Virus genome (UHGV): UHGV-0084069
Length of the DNA stretch: 40,020 bases
Source: a virus
Direction: 5' to 3' (one strand)
Made by a program: the position numbers and the translations under genes. This document shows, one piece after another, positions 38,380 to 40,020 of this stretch. How positions within the stretch are numbered: position 1 is the stretch's first letter; each line of letters opens with the position of its first letter. The notes beneath the pieces were generated by a model. That model was not told the origin of the DNA and did not search any database. It saw nothing but the letters and a program-made list of their open reading frames with translations.

Positions 38380-38658
38380 ATGTTCAGAATCATTTTTCCT
38401 AACACCTGGTACGTCGACCACCACGGCACTCCCTGCAAAATCCTGCGTTCTACCCACAACAAAGTTCACTACATCCGAAAAGGCAGAACATGTATCGCCA
38501 GCATGTTCCGCTTTAATCATGACTTTGAACCTGTGAATAAAGCTGATGCAGATCGGATAGCAGAAGAGATCGAAACGGCAGAACACATTAAGAAGTTACG
38601 TGACATGCGTTCAAAAAGCAGAGGTAACCATGGAATCATACAGCCTCACACTCGATGA
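38380..38658 (+). CDS. hypothetical protein
   Basis: 92-aa ORF upstream of and overlapping the excisionase start. Confidence 0.45.
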   Translation: MFRIIFPNTWYVDHHGTPCKILRSTHNKVHYIRKGRTCIASMFRFNHDFEPVNKADADRIAEEIETAEHIKKLRDMRSKSRGNHGIIQPHTR

Positions 38659-38980
38659 GGCCTGTCAGTTTCTTAAGATATCCAGACCAACCGCCACCAA
38701 CTGGATACGAACAGGCCGCCTACAGGCAACACGTAAAGATCCAACCAAGCCAAAATCTCCTTACCTCACAACACGGCAAGCCTGCATTGCGGCGCTTCAG
38801 TCTCCGCTGCATACTGTCCAGGTGAGCGCGGGTGATGGCATAACAGAGGAAAGAAAATGTCACTCTTCCGCAGAGGTGAAATATGGTACGCCAGTTTCAC
38901 ATTGCCGAACGGTAAAAGATTTAAACAGTCTCTTGGAACAAAGGACAAAAGGCAGGCGACAGAACTCCATGACAAGCTAA
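38630..38980 (+). CDS. xis: excisionase / AlpA-family DNA-binding protein
   Basis: [36 protein letters not shown]; GAGG RBS; immediately upstream of and overlapping int by about 124 nt, so the true 3' end is uncertain. Confidence 0.55.
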   Translation: MESYSLTLDEACQFLKISRPTATNWIRTGRLQATRKDPTKPKSPYLTTRQACIAALQSPLHTVQVSAGDGITEERKCHSSAEVKYGTPVSHCRTVKDLNSLLEQRTKGRRQNSMTS

Positions 38981-40020
38981 AGGCTGAAGCATGGCGGGTC
39001 AGCAAACTTGGTGAAATACCTGATATAACGTTCGAGGAAGCGTGTGTCAGGTGGCTTGAAGAGAAAGCACATAAAAAATCACTGGACGATGACAAAAGCC
39101 GGATCGGATTCTGGCTTCAACATTTCGCAGGAATGCAACTAAGAGACATTACTGAATCAAAAATTTATTCAGCAATGCAGAAAATGACGAACCGGCGTCA
39201 TGAGGAAAACTGGAAACTCAGGGCAGAAGCATGCAGAAAAAAAGGGAAACCTGTTCCAGAATACACGCCAAAACCAGCGTCCGTTGCAACGAAGGCTACG
39301 CATCTTTCATTTATAAAGGCCCTACTAAGAGCCGCAGAGCGTGAATGGAAAATGCTGGATAAGGCACCAATTATTAAAGTGCCTCAACCAAAGAATAAAC
39401 GGATCCGCTGGCTGGAGCCCCATGAAGCACAAAGGCTGATTGATGAATGTCCGGAGCCATTAAAGTCTGTTGTTGAATTTGCACTGGCAACAGGCTTAAG
39501 ACGCTCGAACATCATCAACCTTGAATGGCAACAAATAGATATGCAGCGCCGGGTGGCATGGATAAACCCGGAAGAGAGTAAATCAAACCGCGCAATTGGC
39601 GTTGCGCTGAATGATACTGCATGTCGCGTATTGAAAAAACAAATCGGGAATCATCACCGTTGGGTATTTGTGTACAAGGAAAGCTGTACCAAACCAGACG
39701 GAACGAAAGCGCCAACAGTAAGGAAGATGCGGTATGACGCAAACACAGCCTGGAAAGCGGCGCTGAGACGGGCTGGTATTGATGATTTCAGATTTCACGA
39801 CTTGAGACACACCTGGGCAAGTTGGCTGGTTCAAGCCGGAGTCCCGTTGTCAGTTTTACAGGAAATGGGAGGCTGGGAGTCTATCGAAATGGTTCGTCGA
39901 TATGCTCACCTTGCACCTAATCACCTTACCGAACACGCACGGCAAATAGACTCGATCCTGAACCCATCGATCCCAAATTTGTCCCAGTCAAAAAATAAGG
40001 AAGGTACTAATGATGTGTAA
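38857..40020 (+). CDS. int: tyrosine integrase (IntD / phage 21 family)
   Basis: 387 aa, [48 protein letters not shown]...; C-terminal catalytic region [17 protein letters not shown]...VRRYAHL; stop is the last 3 nt of the window. Confidence 0.9.
   Translation: MSLFRRGEIWYASFTLPNGKRFKQSLGTKDKRQATELHDKLKAEAWRVSKLGEIPDITFEEACVRWLEEKAHKKSLDDDKSRIGFWLQHFAGMQLRDITESKIYSAMQKMTNRRHEENWKLRAEACRKKGKPVPEYTPKPASVATKATHLSFIKALLRAAEREWKMLDKAPIIKVPQPKNKRIRWLEPHEAQRLIDECPEPLKSVVEFALATGLRRSNIINLEWQQIDMQRRVAWINPEESKSNRAIGVALNDTACRVLKKQIGNHHRWVFVYKESCTKPDGTKAPTVRKMRYDANTAWKAALRRAGIDDFRFHDLRHTWASWLVQAGVPLSVLQEMGGWESIEMVRRYAHLAPNHLTEHARQIDSILNPSIPNLSQSKNKEGTNDV

Noticed and set aside
1-40020. Scan for tRNA, rRNA and IS/transposase elements
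   Set aside because: No cloverleaf-like tRNA candidates, rRNA-like segments, or transposase ORFs with terminal inverted repeats were recognised by eye; attL and any tRNA attachment target presumably lie beyond 40020.

Overview
The window is almost entirely prophage DNA of an enterobacterial (E. coli/Shigella-type) host. Positions ~3746-40020 are one mosaic lambdoid prophage read right to left: an IntD/phage-21-type integrase and excisionase at the right edge, a lambda-like early-left operon (Red gam-bet-exo), a cI/cro immunity switch, O/P replication genes with ori iterons inside O, an AT-rich foreign two-gene cassette, a nin region (ninB, ninE, ybcO-like, rusA, Q), an NmpC-type porin moron, a phage-21-type lysis cassette, Bor, an HNH/terminase/HK97-like head module and a Mu-like contractile tail. 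Positions 1-3774 carry a second, P2-like baseplate and tail-fibre module (W fragment, J, I, H, tfa) on the opposite strand. The two fibre genes are linked by a ~1.9 kb segment bounded by inverted 26-bp Gin/Hin/Pin-type crossover sites, but no invertase gene is present in the window. The strongest candidate for a new system is the AT-rich two-gene operon at 29240-30538 (small soluble protein plus a membrane-anchored coiled-coil protein) in the P-to-nin accessory slot. No rRNA, tRNA, CRISPR array or transposase was recognised. All calls rest on reading the supplied ORF translations and the DNA by eye; no database search was run, and family names come from recalled similarity.
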